A stretch of 64,000 bases of DNA from Narcine bancroftii (GCF_036971445.1 NC_091476.1:107446001-107510000); one strand, 5' to 3'. Counted from the first letter of the stretch, positions 38,875 through 52,339 are shown. Notes: generated by a model not told the origin, from the sequence alone. Made by a program: numbers and translations.

Positions 38875-39235
38875 TAGACATCTAAATTCCAGAATTAGGC
38901 CATTTGATCCATTGAGTCTGCTCCACCATCCAAATCATGGCTGACATATTTTTCCCTCTCAACTACATTTTCCTGCCTTCTCTCCATAATCTTTGACACC
39001 CTTACTAATGAAGAATCTATCAACCTCTGCTTTAAATATACTCAATAACTTGTCCTCCACAGCTGTCAGTGACAACAAATTCCATTGAGTCATCACCCTT
39101 TGACTGAAGAAATATCTCGTCATCTTTGTCCTAAAGGGACTTCCTTTTTATTCTGAGGCTGTGCCTTTCAATCCTAGACTCTCCCACTTCTGGAAACATT
39201 TTCTCCATCAGTCCATCTAGCCTTTCAATATATGG
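38875..39235 (-). mobile_element. CR1 3' fragment
   Basis: Homologous to the 3' end of 34341-34700. Confidence 0.75.
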
Positions 39236-39519
39236 TAGTTTCATGGCTAAAGGTGCTAAAGTTTGATTGGTAAACTTTAAGGGGACCCAAAAATGAGACA
39301 GGACAGTAAGTAGCAAATAGGTTATGAGGAAACAACAAGGGATAGGTTAAAGATATGGAGAATGGAATATAACTTGAAAAGGCATCAAATTGATTATTCT
39401 GGCAGGATTTTTATTTAAAAATGTGTTATTTAAATGGTAGAACGCTGGCCAATGCAAAGTTACAGAGGGATCCAGATGTCCTGGAGTACAATTCGCAAAA
39501 AGCTACTATACAGGTATTT

Positions 39520-40258
39520 TCAAGGTGTGGACCTGCAGGGAGCATAGTCGCAGCGATCCCCCTTGGGGTCCAACCGCCCAGTCTGATGACTTCTATTGGC
39601 TCCAAACAGGCTTTAAGTGACCTGTTAAAGGAGCCAATGGTGGTTTATTTTAAAATCCCGCAACCACAGGGTCTGTGCGGTGCCTCTTTACTCTAGCGGC
39701 CACAAGGAGTTGGAGACTCCGAGGAAGCAGAGGACTGGCACAGGGCAATGGAGAATCGGAAGACCACCCCCATTTAAGAAGGGGAAGCAGAGGAGATGAC
39801 CCACAAGACTGCATGGTGGCAGACCAGCGAGAGGCTCTGAGGCTGAAGAATACACATGCATTGGTGATTCGAGGCGAGGAGCCCACTCAGGGAGTGGGCT
39901 GCTGATGACTGCAGTCAAAGGACTTATACCAGGCTTTGGACTGCTAGGGACTAGCTTAAGATTGACTGAAGGGGTACCAAGTATCAGAACGAGGTGTGAG
40001 AGGGCGCTGAGGGCTTCTTGAAAGTGTCAGAGGTTTGCATTTGGAGCTCAGGTTGCTGATGGTTTGGACTGAAGGCTGGAGGTGAGGCCATGGATACTCA
40101 CTGGCTCTTGAGGGATTCTTTTTTGCTTCAATTTCTCTGGCTGTAAGGGGCATTGGGCAATTTCTGCTGGTAATAAATCATCTTAACGGTGGACTAAAGA
40201 AAATTTCATGTAATATCACCTTTTCTGTTTTATTACATGACAAAAAAAATAATCTTGA
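39520..40258 (+). mobile_element. Unclassified ~750-bp retroposon, copy 2, inserted in an old + strand CR1 (~39340-40700)
   Basis: Shares CCTGTTAAAGGAGCCAA..GTGGTTT.TTT.AAAAT.CCGC.ACCACAGGGTCTGTG with copy 1. Confidence 0.65.
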
Positions 40259-41699
40259 AAGTTGAGAAAAATTTACAGTTTTACTGTTTATTGTTGGGGA
40301 ATTAAATGCAAAACTAGGAAGTTTATATTTTGATTATGCAGGACATTGGTGAAACCACAACCAGTATAATGTTCACTATTAGTTTTCTCATTTAAACACA
40401 TATGTAAGTCCATTAGAAGCAGTTCAAGAAGGTTTCCTGGAATGAGCAAATTGTTTTATGAGGTAAGGTTGGACAGGCCAGATCTGTATTCTCTGAGGTT
40501 TAAAAGAGGTAAAACATAACTGAAATGTACAAAGTCCAAAGGAATCTTGGCGTGCGGGTCAATGGTGCATTTCCTGTTGTAGCAGGATCTAGAAGTGGAA
40601 GTCACCTCTTACCTTTGGAACTTTGAAGAGTGCTGGAAACAGATTCTTTAAATATGTTTAAGACAGAGATTGATTATTTTCGAGAGTTGCAACAGTTTTA
40701 CTGGTAGCAGATTTAGTTGCATATTTAAAAAGAAACAATACAAAAAACTACAATGGGATTTGTATTCGTTTTCATAAGATCATTAGGGTTGTGTTATGAC
40801 AATGTGTCATACTGTAGGGGCCTTTCAATCAGGGAGATATAGGGAGATGTTGCATGGAAACAGGCCCTTCACCCCACATAAACCATTCTGACCATCAGCC
40901 ATTCATTTACAGAATCTTACACAAATCCTTATATCTACTCACATTCCCACAAACTCTACACAGATTCTATTACTCAAATTCAACTGAAAAAAAAAGCATT
41001 CAGGATGTAATGAATGAAACATCCCATTCAGTCTATCTAACTCCTACCAAGTAAGAATCTACAACTTTCTGTGGTCAAATTCTAAATGGTTTAGTGAAGT
41101 CCTTCAAGGAAGGAAATCTGTTCTCCTACGATGTTCTCTGTCTACATATGACTCCATGGTCACACCAGGCTAGTTGACAGAAGGGGACCTTCTTGTCTGT
41201 ATGACACTGCCAAAAGCAGTTTGTGACCATCATTTTCTTAAGGCAGCTGGGTAGACAAATAAATATTGACCATATCGGCCATGTCTCATAGGAACATAGG
41301 AACATAGGAAGTAGGAACAGGAGTAGGCCAAAAATGGCCCATCAAGCCTGCTCCGCCATTCAATAAGATCATGGCTGATCTAATTTATGACCTAACTCCA
41401 CCTACCTGCCTTCTCCCCATATCCCCTAATTTACCTGAATAAAAAAGTATAATTAATTAAAATAAGTGTTTTAATTTCCTCAGGAAGTGAGAATTTCATC
41501 ATCTCACCTCTCACCACGTGATGGTGTAGTTTGTCACTTCACTGTGGCTTCGGCATATTCCAGGTTTATTCCTTTCTAAAATAGTCAGTGATCCATTTTG
41601 TTCTAAATTTCAGAAGAATGGAAGGTTAGTTGTGGATTTTGTTAATGCCTCTGACTGATTATTTTAAAATCTGATGGTTACTTCTTCTTCCCTCGGAAG

Positions 41700-41790
41700 T
41701 GCCAGTGGTGTGGATGTCTCCAAGATCGAAGAGATGGAAAAGATGTTGAAGGAGGCACAAGCAGAGAAAGCTCGCCTTTTGGAGACAAGG
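41700..41790 (+). CDS. PHLDB1: PHLDB1 exon (91 nt): SASGVDVSKIEEMEKMLKEAQAEKARLLETR
   Basis: AAG acceptor (phase 2), AGG|GTATGT donor. Matches the PHLDB1 KIEEMEKMLKEA motif. Confidence 0.95.
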
Positions 41791-42284
41791 GTATGTAACT
41801 AAAACCAAAGATCTATCTCATCGGTTAATCACTGGTCTGCTGCGCAATTGTTCAGATTCTATTTAATGAGGAAAATTGACTCTTTCCTTTGTACACCTGA
41901 ATTATGCCACCCTTCCTCCCTCACTAGCCAGGCCTTGCCTAGCCACTATCTGATGGGTCTTCAGCTGCATTGCTGTGACCACACCATACTTTCTGCATCA
42001 TAGAGGCTATCCTTTGTGTCATCCTGTTCTCCAACCCATCTTACCCAACAGCTTAATACTGCAGAATGCTTCATCTTCACTGTTCACAAACTCTAGCTTT
42101 CTAAATCCTAATTATAGACAGGAGATGTTTGGATTTTTCATACCCTGAATAGCTATACAAAGCCTTAAAATGCAATCCTGCCACACATGAACGCCTCCTT
42201 TATCCCTTCCTCCAGCCTTCTTGCACTGATTTCATCATACTCATTTGGGGGTTACATTTTATTTTTCATAATTAAACTTAATTT

Positions 42285-42522
42285 TTTTTTAATTTACAGC
42301 ACGGTAGAAGCCAATTTTGGCCATTTAAACCTGCGCTGCCCAATTACACACAAATTAATCAACAATCCCATACATTTGTAAGACGGAAGGAAACCGGAGC
42401 ACCCAGGGGAAACCCACACAGACTTGGGGAGAATGTACAAACTCCTTCCAGACAGCGCGGTATTCGAACCCAGGCCACTGATGTTGTAATAGTGTCGCAC
42501 TAACCACTACATTAACCTGGCC
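42285..42522 (-). mobile_element. SINE (same family as 7360-7625)
   Basis: Reverse-complement core and B-box. Further copies lie at ~42945-43175 (+), ~54505-54775 (+) and ~61770-61850 (+). Confidence 0.8.
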
Positions 42523-44561
42523 CCCCCATTTATCCCCCCATTCAATCAGAAATTTATCAAGCTCCTTATTTTGTATCTAGTTATCATTGGGAATTAAAGT
42601 TTTTTTTACAAGTTCCTCATATTAAATTTAACATTTTTCATTAACACCATGTTTAGCAAATGTTTCTGACGTGACATCTGCCACACAGTATGAAACAGAA
42701 GATTAGAATCGTGCATATCATTTCCTGATCTGAAATGAATTGGCTCTGGAGGCTTCAATAATGCTTTACAATAGTTTCCTGTTTATGTTGTGGAAGAAAT
42801 TAAGAGTTTGTTGTTTTGTGAGATCAGAATTGAGAATGTTCTTGTTAGTAAAAACACAAAATGCTGAGGAAACTCAGCAAATGTAAGCAAAGGCAGAGAT
42901 GCACAACTGACATTTCAGGCTAGAGCCCTTCATCAAAGGAATGCACATTAGTGCAACACTATCATGGTGCCAGCAATCTGAGTTCGAAACTGCCCCTGTC
43001 TGAAAGGTTGTTGGTGCGTTCATCCCATGTCCACGTAGCTTTGCTCTGGATGCTCCAGTTTCCTCCCACAATGCAAAGAAGTACGGGATTAGAAAGTTAA
43101 TTGGTCACATGGGCATATTTGGGCAACATGAGCTCATGGGCTGGAAGGCCCTGTAACCATGCTGTATCTCCAAATTACAAAAAAAAACATAAACTCACAA
43201 CCATTATATCCCTTTCATTTATTTTAACGTATTAAAATTCTTTATAAGCAATTTAAAGATCTTTTGGAACTGTTTATGAATGTCTCTCTGATTTTAAAAA
43301 AAAACTTTTGGCTCCAATAAATTGCAAAAGTCCTTCAGACCATGAGGACCATGAATGTACATGTGTGTTTTATGTCCATTGATTTTTATGGGTGATTATA
43401 TAAATAGGAACTGGGTGTGGACATATGGAATGCATCTGCATGCATAAGGTTGTGAACATTGGTGTGTACATATGCTTGGATGTGTGAATGAATGCACATA
43501 GAGTATGAGTTAAACATACATTTCGTAAAAGAGTTGATATTGGCCCGGATTTTCCTGGGTCTGTCTTGCATTGAAGGTACTGGCACCCTCTAACCTGTTG
43601 CAACTGGGCTGATTATCCAAATGAAGACATTTCCTGTGAGGTGGAGCAGACTCTAATGTGAGCAAACTTCAGGTGTCAGATCCCGAGCCCCCACCTCCAG
43701 AACACCCTGATATCCTTTAAACTTTTTTTTTGGACACTCGAAAGAGTTCCCAGTTACAGTTTTTTTTTCCTCAAAAAATAATTTCAAACTCCTTAAAGTT
43801 AAATTGAATGAAAATGAAATAATTTTTGATGAAAGATTAGAGTTCTTTGAGGAAGTGACAAGTAGCAGTATTTGTAATGCAGTTTTATTTTAAGAAGACT
43901 TTATTCTGGAACACAAGCAGTTGATCACTCAACAAGATTAGAGCACATGGAATTGGAGATAATGTACTGATGTGGATAGAGATTTAATTAACAAACAGAA
44001 AGCATGAGTGGGCTTTCCTGACTTAACTAGTGGTGGAGCACTGGCATATGTGCTTGGGCGTCAGCTGTTCACAATTTGCATGTACGATTTGACTGACATA
44101 TTCCAAGTTTGCTATTGCTGTGAAACAAGCCAGGATTGTAAATAGTAAGGGAGGATATTGTCAAACAATGTTGAATGGCCAGGGAAATGTGAGAAAGAGC
44201 GGTCATCCACCTTGGTGCAGAAAAGCTTCGTATTTTTACATTATGATGTTCTGAGAAATGTTGAAGTTTAAAGTGACCCAAGTCACTGTCACTGTGAGCT
44301 ACCGAGTTTTTATTAAAAGGATTTTGGCACAGGCAGGATTTTTTTTTCAAAACTAGACTTTATTTGCCATAAATTATTTACAGAAAGAAAACCATTCAAT
44401 GTCTCTTCGCACCCCTAGTGTCATATTCATCAATTTCCATCACTGGACATTGTTACATTCATTTTTTTATTTAGCTGCTTTATTATTACTGTGGTACCTT
44501 GTTGTTACTCCCCCCCTTTGTTGTTTAGAGGTTCCCCTCGGTCTCAGGTCTTCAATGCCCA

Positions 44562-45268
44562 GTGAAGGAAGGGCACAAGAAAGTCCTTCTGACTTTGCTG
44601 ACCACTGACGGCTTCACCATTGAGGTCATCAAGAGTATCAAGTTCCTTGGAGTGCACTTGACAGAGAATCTCACCTGGTTCCTTAACACAAGCACCATAG
44701 CTAAGAAAGCCCAGCAGCACCTCTACTTTCTGCAAAGGCTGAGGAAAGTTCACCTCCCCCCCTCCATCCTAACTACATTCTACAGAGGATGTATCGAGAG
44801 TATCCTGACCAACTGCATCACCACCTGGTTTGGATGCTGTACCTCCTCGAACTGCAGGACCCTGCAGAGGAGAGTGAAGTCAGCTAAAAAGATCATTGGG
44901 GGCTCTCTTCCTATCATGAAGGACATATACAAAATTGATGCAATAAACATTGTGAAGGACTCCACACACCCCTCATGTAAACGGTTCTCCCTTCTGCCAT
45001 TTGGTAGGAGGTACTGCAGCACTCGGGCCCTCACGTCCAGATTGGGAAACAGCTTTTTCCCCCAAGCCATCAGACTGCTGAACTCCCAGAACTTTTGTGG
45101 ATAGGGTTCCATGACGTTACTGTATATGTCTTAACATTTTAATATGTTTAACTTCTATTCTAACTTGTATTTATATAAATATGCTCTGTGGTACTGGAGA
45201 AACACTATCTCATCTTCACTGTGCAAGCATGGTTTGAATGATAAATAAAAGTGACTTGACTTGACTTG
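44562..45268 (+). mobile_element. Rex/Babar LINE 3' fragment
   Basis: KFLGVHL...[15 protein letters not shown]...[17 protein letters not shown]...SFFPQAIRLLN, followed by AATAAA and a (GACTT)n tail. Confidence 0.9.
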
Positions 45269-45273
45269 AAGAC

Positions 45274-45519
45274 CAGCCATTCTCAACAGGGGCTCTACAG
45301 ACACTTTGGAACGACCTCTACAAAACTCCACATTTAAGTAAAAGTAAAAATTTTATTTTCACCTCGCACAACAGAAATATTTTTTATGTTTGTTTATGTG
45401 GTCAGTAGGAGAGAAGTATGGATATAAACAAAACTTTACAGCTTCACAGAAAAGAGGGCCCATAAACATTGATCAGAGACCTAGTGGGGCCATAGCCAAG
45501 AAAAGGTTGTGAATGGCTG
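45274..45519 (+). mobile_element. Non-autonomous hAT(Charlie)-like MITE
   Basis: TIRs CAGCCATTCTCAAC / GTTGTGAATGGCTG, right flank CTCTAGAC. Confidence 0.7.
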
Positions 45520-46592
45520 CTCTAGACTGTGGTTCACCCCCCACAATGCCCTCACATTAGTTGGCTTCAGACAGTTAAGTTCTGGGTGAGGCTATAGTTG
45601 GAATATTGCATAGAGTTTGGGTTTCCTAACCTGTGGAAGGAGATACTTGACAGAATGGGATTGTGTGAAGCATTGGCTCTTAGTGTGGCAGGTCTGCTAC
45701 ATGAGGAAGGATTGAGTGGACGAGCTCTCTGTTCTTTAGGGATATCAGAATGAGAGTGACCTCACTGACAAACTTCTTGACAGGGTGGATGCTGGATGAG
45801 TGTTTCCCATGGTCTAGGTCCCGGACAACAGTCTTAGAACAGGGGATGGCTCATTTACATTCCAGTTGAGAAGAAATTTCTTCATGCAAGGGATGCTGAA
45901 TCTTTAGAATGTTATGCCCCTCACGTTCAATCACTGTGTTCATTCAAAACTGTGATCAACAAGTTTATCGATATTAAGACAGACAAGGGATTTGGGAATA
46001 GTGAAAGAAAATGGAGTTGAGATAGAACATTGAATCTTGATGAGTAGCAAATCAACCAGAAAGGGCCAAGTTGTTTACTTCTGGTCCTAATTACATGAAG
46101 TAAAGTATTATTCTTTAAAATAAATTAAATTGCCACACTTATCCAGGTCAAATGAATGGGTCATTGTTCTCATGCCAACCAATTGTGACATAGAGGTGCA
46201 GAACTTGATATAAAATACACAGCCCTTCCTCATCACATCTGAGGTCCACCATTAGTCTCACTGGGTGCTGCCATCTGACTTCCAGTTTCTCTTTGGCATC
46301 TGGGTTTGGCCAAGTGAACATGGGGTCACAATGAGCAGGAAATTGCAGGTTACTAGCAGTTCTCGATGGGGCTGGCAACTAGTGATGAACTCGATCTGGC
46401 CCATAGTAAGAGTCCCTTTGATGCACGAGATTGCATCCCTGTTTGTTGTGGCTTCATACTAGCTATGAATCGATTTCCTTTCAAGTAGAATGGGAGTGCT
46501 GGCTTTGCAGATGAGCCTGAAGAAGTCTTGGCAGCTTGAGTGAGTTAGTGAGATGTTGATGTTGATGCTATTTGTCTCCCCCATCCCCGCAG

Positions 46593-46739
46593 GCACGTGA
46601 GATGGAAATGCGTCGCCAAGCCTTTGAAGAAGAGCGCAAGAGACGTGAGGAACTGGAGAAGAGGCTCCAGGAAGAAACCGTCCATCGGCAGCAGCTTGTT
46701 GACAAGGAAGTCAAAATGCGGGAAAAACATTTTTCACAG
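46593..46739 (+). CDS. PHLDB1: PHLDB1 exon (147 nt), coiled coil: AREMEMRRQAFEEERKRREELEKRLQEETVHRQQLVDKEVKMREKHFSQ
   Basis: CCCCGCAG acceptor, CAG|GTGACT donor, phase 0/0. Confidence 0.96.
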
Positions 46740-46904
46740 GTGACTGAACTTGTACAAACGTGTCTTTTCTATATATCACACATTCATGGAGGAGACGACA
46801 GAACATTTTCAAGAAAACTACAAATACCTGTATAAAAAGAAGTATAGGTCCCCCTCATGTCAGAAATGGGAGAGTTCAGTGTGAGGGAACCAAAATACAG
46901 TATT

Positions 46905-48115
46905 TTGTTTCTAGCTTCAAAATCTGAATATATTGTCACGAAAAGTCATGAAATTCAGAGTTTTGTGGCAGTGTCAGTGCAAACATACAGATTATAACCA
47001 TCTTAAGACATTAAAAAACAATAATAATAATAGAGCACAAAAAGTAAGGCAGTGTCTTTGGTTCATTCATTATTCAGGAATCTGATGGCAGTGGGGAAAA
47101 GCTGTCCTTGTGCCTCTAAATACTCGTCTTTAGGCTCCTTTACCTTCTTCCCGATGGTAGCAGAGTGAAGAAGGCATGGCCTAGGTAGTAGGGGTCTTTG
47201 ACGATAAAGGCTGCTTTCTTAAGACACCGCCTCATGTCGGTGTCCTTGATAGAGTGATATTGCAGGCTGAATTAGCAACCCTCTGGAATTTATTCTTGCC
47301 CTGAGAGTTGGTGCCTCCATACCAGGCAGTGATGCAACCAGCCAGAATGCTCTCCACGGTATACCTGTAGACATTTATGAGTGTTCGGTGACATACCGAA
47401 TCGCCTCAGACACCTCACAAAGTATAGCCAATGGTAAGCCTTCTTTGTGATTGCATCAACATGGAGGATCCAGGACAGATCCTCAGAGATGTTGACACCC
47501 AGGAATTTGAAGGTCTTGACCCTCTACACTACTGAGCCCTCAATGAGGACTGGGTCGTGTTTCCCCCGTCTTCCTCCTGAAGTCCACAATATTCTCCTTG
47601 GTTTTTTTGACGTTGAGTGTAAGGTAGTGGTCGTTACGCCATTCAACGAGCTGATCTATCTCCCTCCTGTACACTTCCTCATTGCCATTTGTAATTCTGC
47701 CAACAACTGTGGTGTCATCGGCAAACTTGTAGATGACATTGAAATTGTGCCTGGCCACACAGTTATGGGTGTATAATAGTAGAAGCAGTGGGCTAAGCAC
47801 ACATCCTTGAGGTACGCCTGTGTTGATGATCAGTGAGGAGGAGACATTGTTTCCAATTCGTACTGACTGTGGTCTTCCAATGAGGAAGTTAAGGTTCCAG
47901 TTGCAGAGGGGAGTACAGTGGCCTAGAGTTTGTAGCTTCTTGACCAGCACTGAGGGAATAATGATATTGAAGGCCGAGCTATGGTCTATGAAGAGCAGCT
48001 GTATGTATGAATTGCTGTTTTCGAGGTGATCCAGAGCTGAGTGGAGGCCCAGCGAAGTAGTATCTGCTGTAGAGCATTTGTGACGAAAGGCAAATTGCAG
48101 CAGGTCCAGATCTTT
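46905..48115 (-). mobile_element. Rex/Babar LINE fragment (RT C-terminal half and 3' end)
   Basis: NTGVPQGCVLSPLL, YKFADDTTVVGRI, LNVKKTKE.IVDFRR. Confidence 0.9.
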
Positions 48116-48824
48116 ACTTCACACAGGAGGAAACCAGTAGCTTTCTCGTAATGTTAAGGAACTAAGAATTAGTCTTTAATTAAGACACTTGCCTGATTTT
48201 TGCTGATATCTTGAAGATGGGCTTAGGCCCAAAACATCAGTAACATATGTTTATCTCCTATGGACACTGCAAGTTCAGCTGAGTTCCTCTAGCATATATG
48301 TATGCTTTTACACAATCCCAGCATCTGCAGACTTTCGTGTTTCACAAAGAATAAATAAAGGCATTGAACAAATGGATATTAGAATTATTGATAGTGCCTG
48401 CAGAAATTAATGGTAATGAAATTTGACAAACTGCCTCAAACCCTTCATTGGATAAGAAGGAAACAGGAGAAACATCATACCAGAAATGTTGAAGTGACGG
48501 TAACAATTAATGTAGAAAGGATGTGTACTTGTTTTTATTTATTATATTTTATTATGAATACTTTGATAGTAAAAAAAAATTGGATCTCAGAGTACTGTCA
48601 CTGAGCCAAGCCAAGACTGACATCATCCATGAAATTTAAAGGCAAGCCTCAAAATTTATTCAGTAAGTGTTACACTGAGCCAGTAAGGTCACATGCCTGA
48701 ATCTCAGTGGCTTGAGTGCCTCAGGTCCAGAGCGAAGAGAAATCAGACTTTCCAGCCCATGGTCGCCATCTAGTGCCCACTGCTGGAATAGTCTCGATGA
48801 AGGGTTTTGAAATGTCGACCATTC

Positions 48825-49610
48825 TCAAGATTCAATTTATTGTCATTGTAATAAAACAGAGTCATATTACATGAAATTACTTTTGCAATAAGGCAGACAG
48901 ATTTGCCATCAGCAGAAATTGCCTGAAGCGCCTCTTACAGTCAGAGAAAGAGAAACAAAGAGAGTCCCCAAGTGTCCTTAGATTCGCTTCCACAGCCTCT
49001 GCAGCCACACAGTCCAGTCCAAACCACTGAAACCCGAGTTCCAGATCCGAACCTCCGACACAGTCAGGAACCCTTCAGCGCCTTTAGCATCCCCTCACAT
49101 CCTGGTTCTGATACCTGGTACCCCTTCTGCCATTTTCAATCCAATCTCCAGCAGTCCACAGCCCGGAGCGATTCCCCATATAGCAGTCTCCAGCAGCCCA
49201 CACTCCTCGCCTCAAGTCACCAGCAGCCCACCACTTGCATTGTTCTTTCAGCTGCAGAGCCCCCTCGCTGGTCTGCCATTGTGGACACCTTCCTGTGGGT
49301 CACCTCCTCTGCTTCTCCTTCTCAGACCGGGGTAGGCCTCCCCGTTTTCTGGTGCCCTGCGTCAGTCCTCCTCTCCCCTGGACCCTGCAAACCCTCGTGG
49401 CTGCTCCCAGTCTTAGGTACCACTATCTTGGGTGCCAACCCCATGGTTGCGGGATTTTAAATAAAACTACTGTTGGCTCCTTTAAGGGCCTGTGCTGAGC
49501 TGACGGCAGTTGATTGCGCAGTTGGATGCCATGGGTGCGCTATATCTCCGCTCCTCGCAGGTCCGCACCAGCAGCAGCACTGCCATTACACGACTCCAGC
49601 AGCACCACCA
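48825..49610 (-). mobile_element. Unclassified ~750-bp retroposon, copy 3
   Basis: Reverse complement of the copy 1/2 head and tail. Confidence 0.65.
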
Positions 49611-50264
49611 TTTTGTCATGGACTTTTTCTCCCCTTAATGCTGCTCGACTCACTATCCTCCAGCGGGTTCTTGTTGTCTTTACTCCAGATCTCCACCCTC
49701 TTGTGTCTTTCCAGAATGATAATGTTGGAATAAGGATGGGATGGAAACCATCATTCAAAAACAGAGTTAACAATTCAGGTCACGGACACTTTACGTGATG
49801 TTAACAATTGGTTTTGTTTTCTTCCACAGATGCTGCTTGATCTGCTTTAGTTTTCAAAGTATGTAGGACCCTTAGCAAGCACCCGGAAGTTCATCAGCAG
49901 TCAAATTATAGCTGTGGTCTGCAGACCACTTCCAAAAATCAGGCAGCATTAGGGTCGCTGGAACCAAATCTGTGGAGGCAGTATAATTATTGACAAAGAC
50001 CCCTGCATCATTGAACACCAGTGGTATTGCAAACTCTTCCACTGAAGACAAAACGGACATGATGTTCCACATGGGACAAACCTAGGCTGGTCCCGTGTAG
50101 AATATAATATCCATTTCCAGGCACAGGCAGGGTAAAAAGCTTGTGGCATGGGGAAGCTGCATTAAAGGGGCTGTTTCCATGCTGTATGACTTCATGAATG
50201 TGATCCTGTGAGAGGGTGCAGAGATGTGAAAGTCCTGGAGAGGCAAAGAAGCTGCACTGGGACA

Positions 50265-50635
50265 GCATGAAACACAAAAGTCCGCAGACACTATGAATGC
50301 AGTAAAAACACAGACATGGGTGGAGGAACATGGCATCCATAGGTAAAGATATATAACCGACGTTTTGGGTCTGACCCCTTCTTCAAAAAACAGGCAGGCA
50401 CCTGAATTAAAAGGCCAGGGGAGAAGGGGAGAAAGGATAGGTTCTCCATGTCTAATTATCACCTTTTGTCTGTTGGTCCATGCTCTTTCCCCTGCCCTTT
50501 TCTTCCCTTCTCCCCAGCCTTTTAATTCAGGTGCCTGCCTGCTTTTTGAAGAAGGGCACAGAACCCAAATATCAGTTATATATCTTTACCTACTACGGAT
50601 GCCATGTTCCTCCAGCATTTCCGTGTTTTCACTGG
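50265..50635. mobile_element. Palindromic Penelope-derived fragment
   Basis: CCCTTCTTCAAAAAACAGGCAGGCACCTGAATTAAAAGG is mirrored by CCTTTTAATTCAGGTGCCTGCCTGCTTTTTGAAGAAGGG. The arms extend ~130 bp. Confidence 0.7.
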
Positions 50636-50734
50636 GATGGTTCCAGAACCCATCTGTTACATGGATACAGAACCCATCTGTTAGATGGATACAATGGGGA
50701 AAATTAATAGCACTCTGTACTTGCATCCTTCCAG

Positions 50735-50954
50735 GCACGACCTTTAACCAGGTATCTACCAATCAGGAAGGAAGATTTTGATTTGCGGTCACATATTGAA
50801 TCATCGGGGCACAACCTGGAGATCTGTTACCAGATTACCATGTCTGAGAAGATGTGTAAGGGCTACCTAACAAAAATGGGCGGGAAAATTAAATCCTGGA
50901 GAAAGCGCTGGTTTGTTTTTGATCGCATTAAGCGGACATTGTCTTATTACGTAG
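50735..50954 (+). CDS. PHLDB1: PHLDB1 exon (220 nt), start of the PH domain: ARPLTRYLPIRKEDFDLRSHIESSGH...GYLTKMGGKIKSWRKRWFVFDRIKRTLSYYV
   Basis: TTCCAG acceptor, G|GTAAGT donor. Contains the PH beta1-beta2 basic motif KMGG..KSW.KRWF. Confidence 0.98.
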
Positions 50955-51152
50955 GTAAGTGTCTCTTGAGCTGATATGCATTGTGTTTACAGAATGCATC
51001 ACTGTTTCAAAGTTATCCTTAAACCTCCCGGACATTTGGTGACTCGGGGGAAAGAAGGGTGGGCTTGTCAATCGACACTAATTCAGGAATGAGGGAAAAG
51101 GACTAGGGATAAATAAATATTTGTAGAACATCTGATCTGATCATTATAATGA

Positions 51153-51299
<147 letters not shown>

Positions 51300-51476
51300 T
51301 AGCTAGAAGGTTTTCTTTTACCAAAAATAGACTTTGTTCTCATTATTTTATTTACAAAAAGAAAAACATTCAAAGTTTATTCTCACCCTTAGTGAGTATG
51401 TGAGAGTGTTTGAGTGTGTGTATGTGTCTACATGAGTGTCTGAGTAAAGGTAAAGTTTCATTATTGAAACATAATG

Positions 51477-52267
51477 CAGTACAACTCCGATTATCCAAAA
51501 TGGTCGGGACCAGGCCTATGTCAGATAAACGTTTGTTTTGGAGAACTGTTAATTTTTTTTAAAACAGCCCAGTAGCAACAGCAAATCACTTGTATCAATG
51601 TTCAAACAACAAACAACAAAGGAAAGCTTTTTAAGTGTTAAAATAATGTTTCATTCTCACCAAAATAATGCTGCCCGTGGCCGATCCCCGACACATCCCC
51701 AACACTGTCGTTGATCCCCAGGGAGGCTTCCTGGGACAGTGGAACACGCACTGGCGAGACAGCAGGTTCCTGACTCCCTGGTCACTGGAACTCCTGACGC
51801 CAACTCCTTCCCTAGGCCTACCACACACACACTCCGGGGAGTTCGGTGTGTGTGAGCGGTAGTAGGCTGAGGGGATGTTTCAGAGTCAGCGTTGGGACTC
51901 TGGTGTGCCGAGAGGGGAGGGAGGGAAGGGGAGAGGAGGGAATGCCACTGAGACCAAGGTCCTGCTCCTGCCCAGGAGGCCACTCTCCTTGATGACGCCA
52001 GGACAAGGGATTCTTCCGAACGCCACTTGTGGCTGGGAGACAGTGGCACGCACTTGGAGAGGACAAGTTGGAGAGAAAAGTCTATAGGGGAAGGTAAGGA
52101 AGAAATAGAAAGAGAGGGGGGGAGTTACCTGAAACGAGGACAATCTTCATTCTAATTTCATGTCAGGTGAATTTTTTTTCAACCTGTGAGGTCAGTTCGG
52201 TTCTGAAAAAACTTTGGATAAATGAGGATTTTATAGAATCCGATTTCAGATAATTGAAGTTGTACTG
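51477..52267. mobile_element. Non-autonomous Tc1/mariner (Tigger-like) element
   Basis: TIRs CAGTACAACTCCGATTATC / GATAATTGAAGTTGTACTG, with TA on the right flank (TG on the left). Confidence 0.7.
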
Positions 52268-52339
52268 TACTATATTAGAATGTTACATACATGAAATTTT
52301 TTAACTTTTCTCCACCATAAGGTGTGAGTGAGTGTGAGA

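Noticed and set aside
50643-50692. 24-bp tandem duplication upstream of the 50735 exon (and a ~30-bp one near 15903-15965)
   Set aside because: Ordinary local slippage duplications with no evidence of function.
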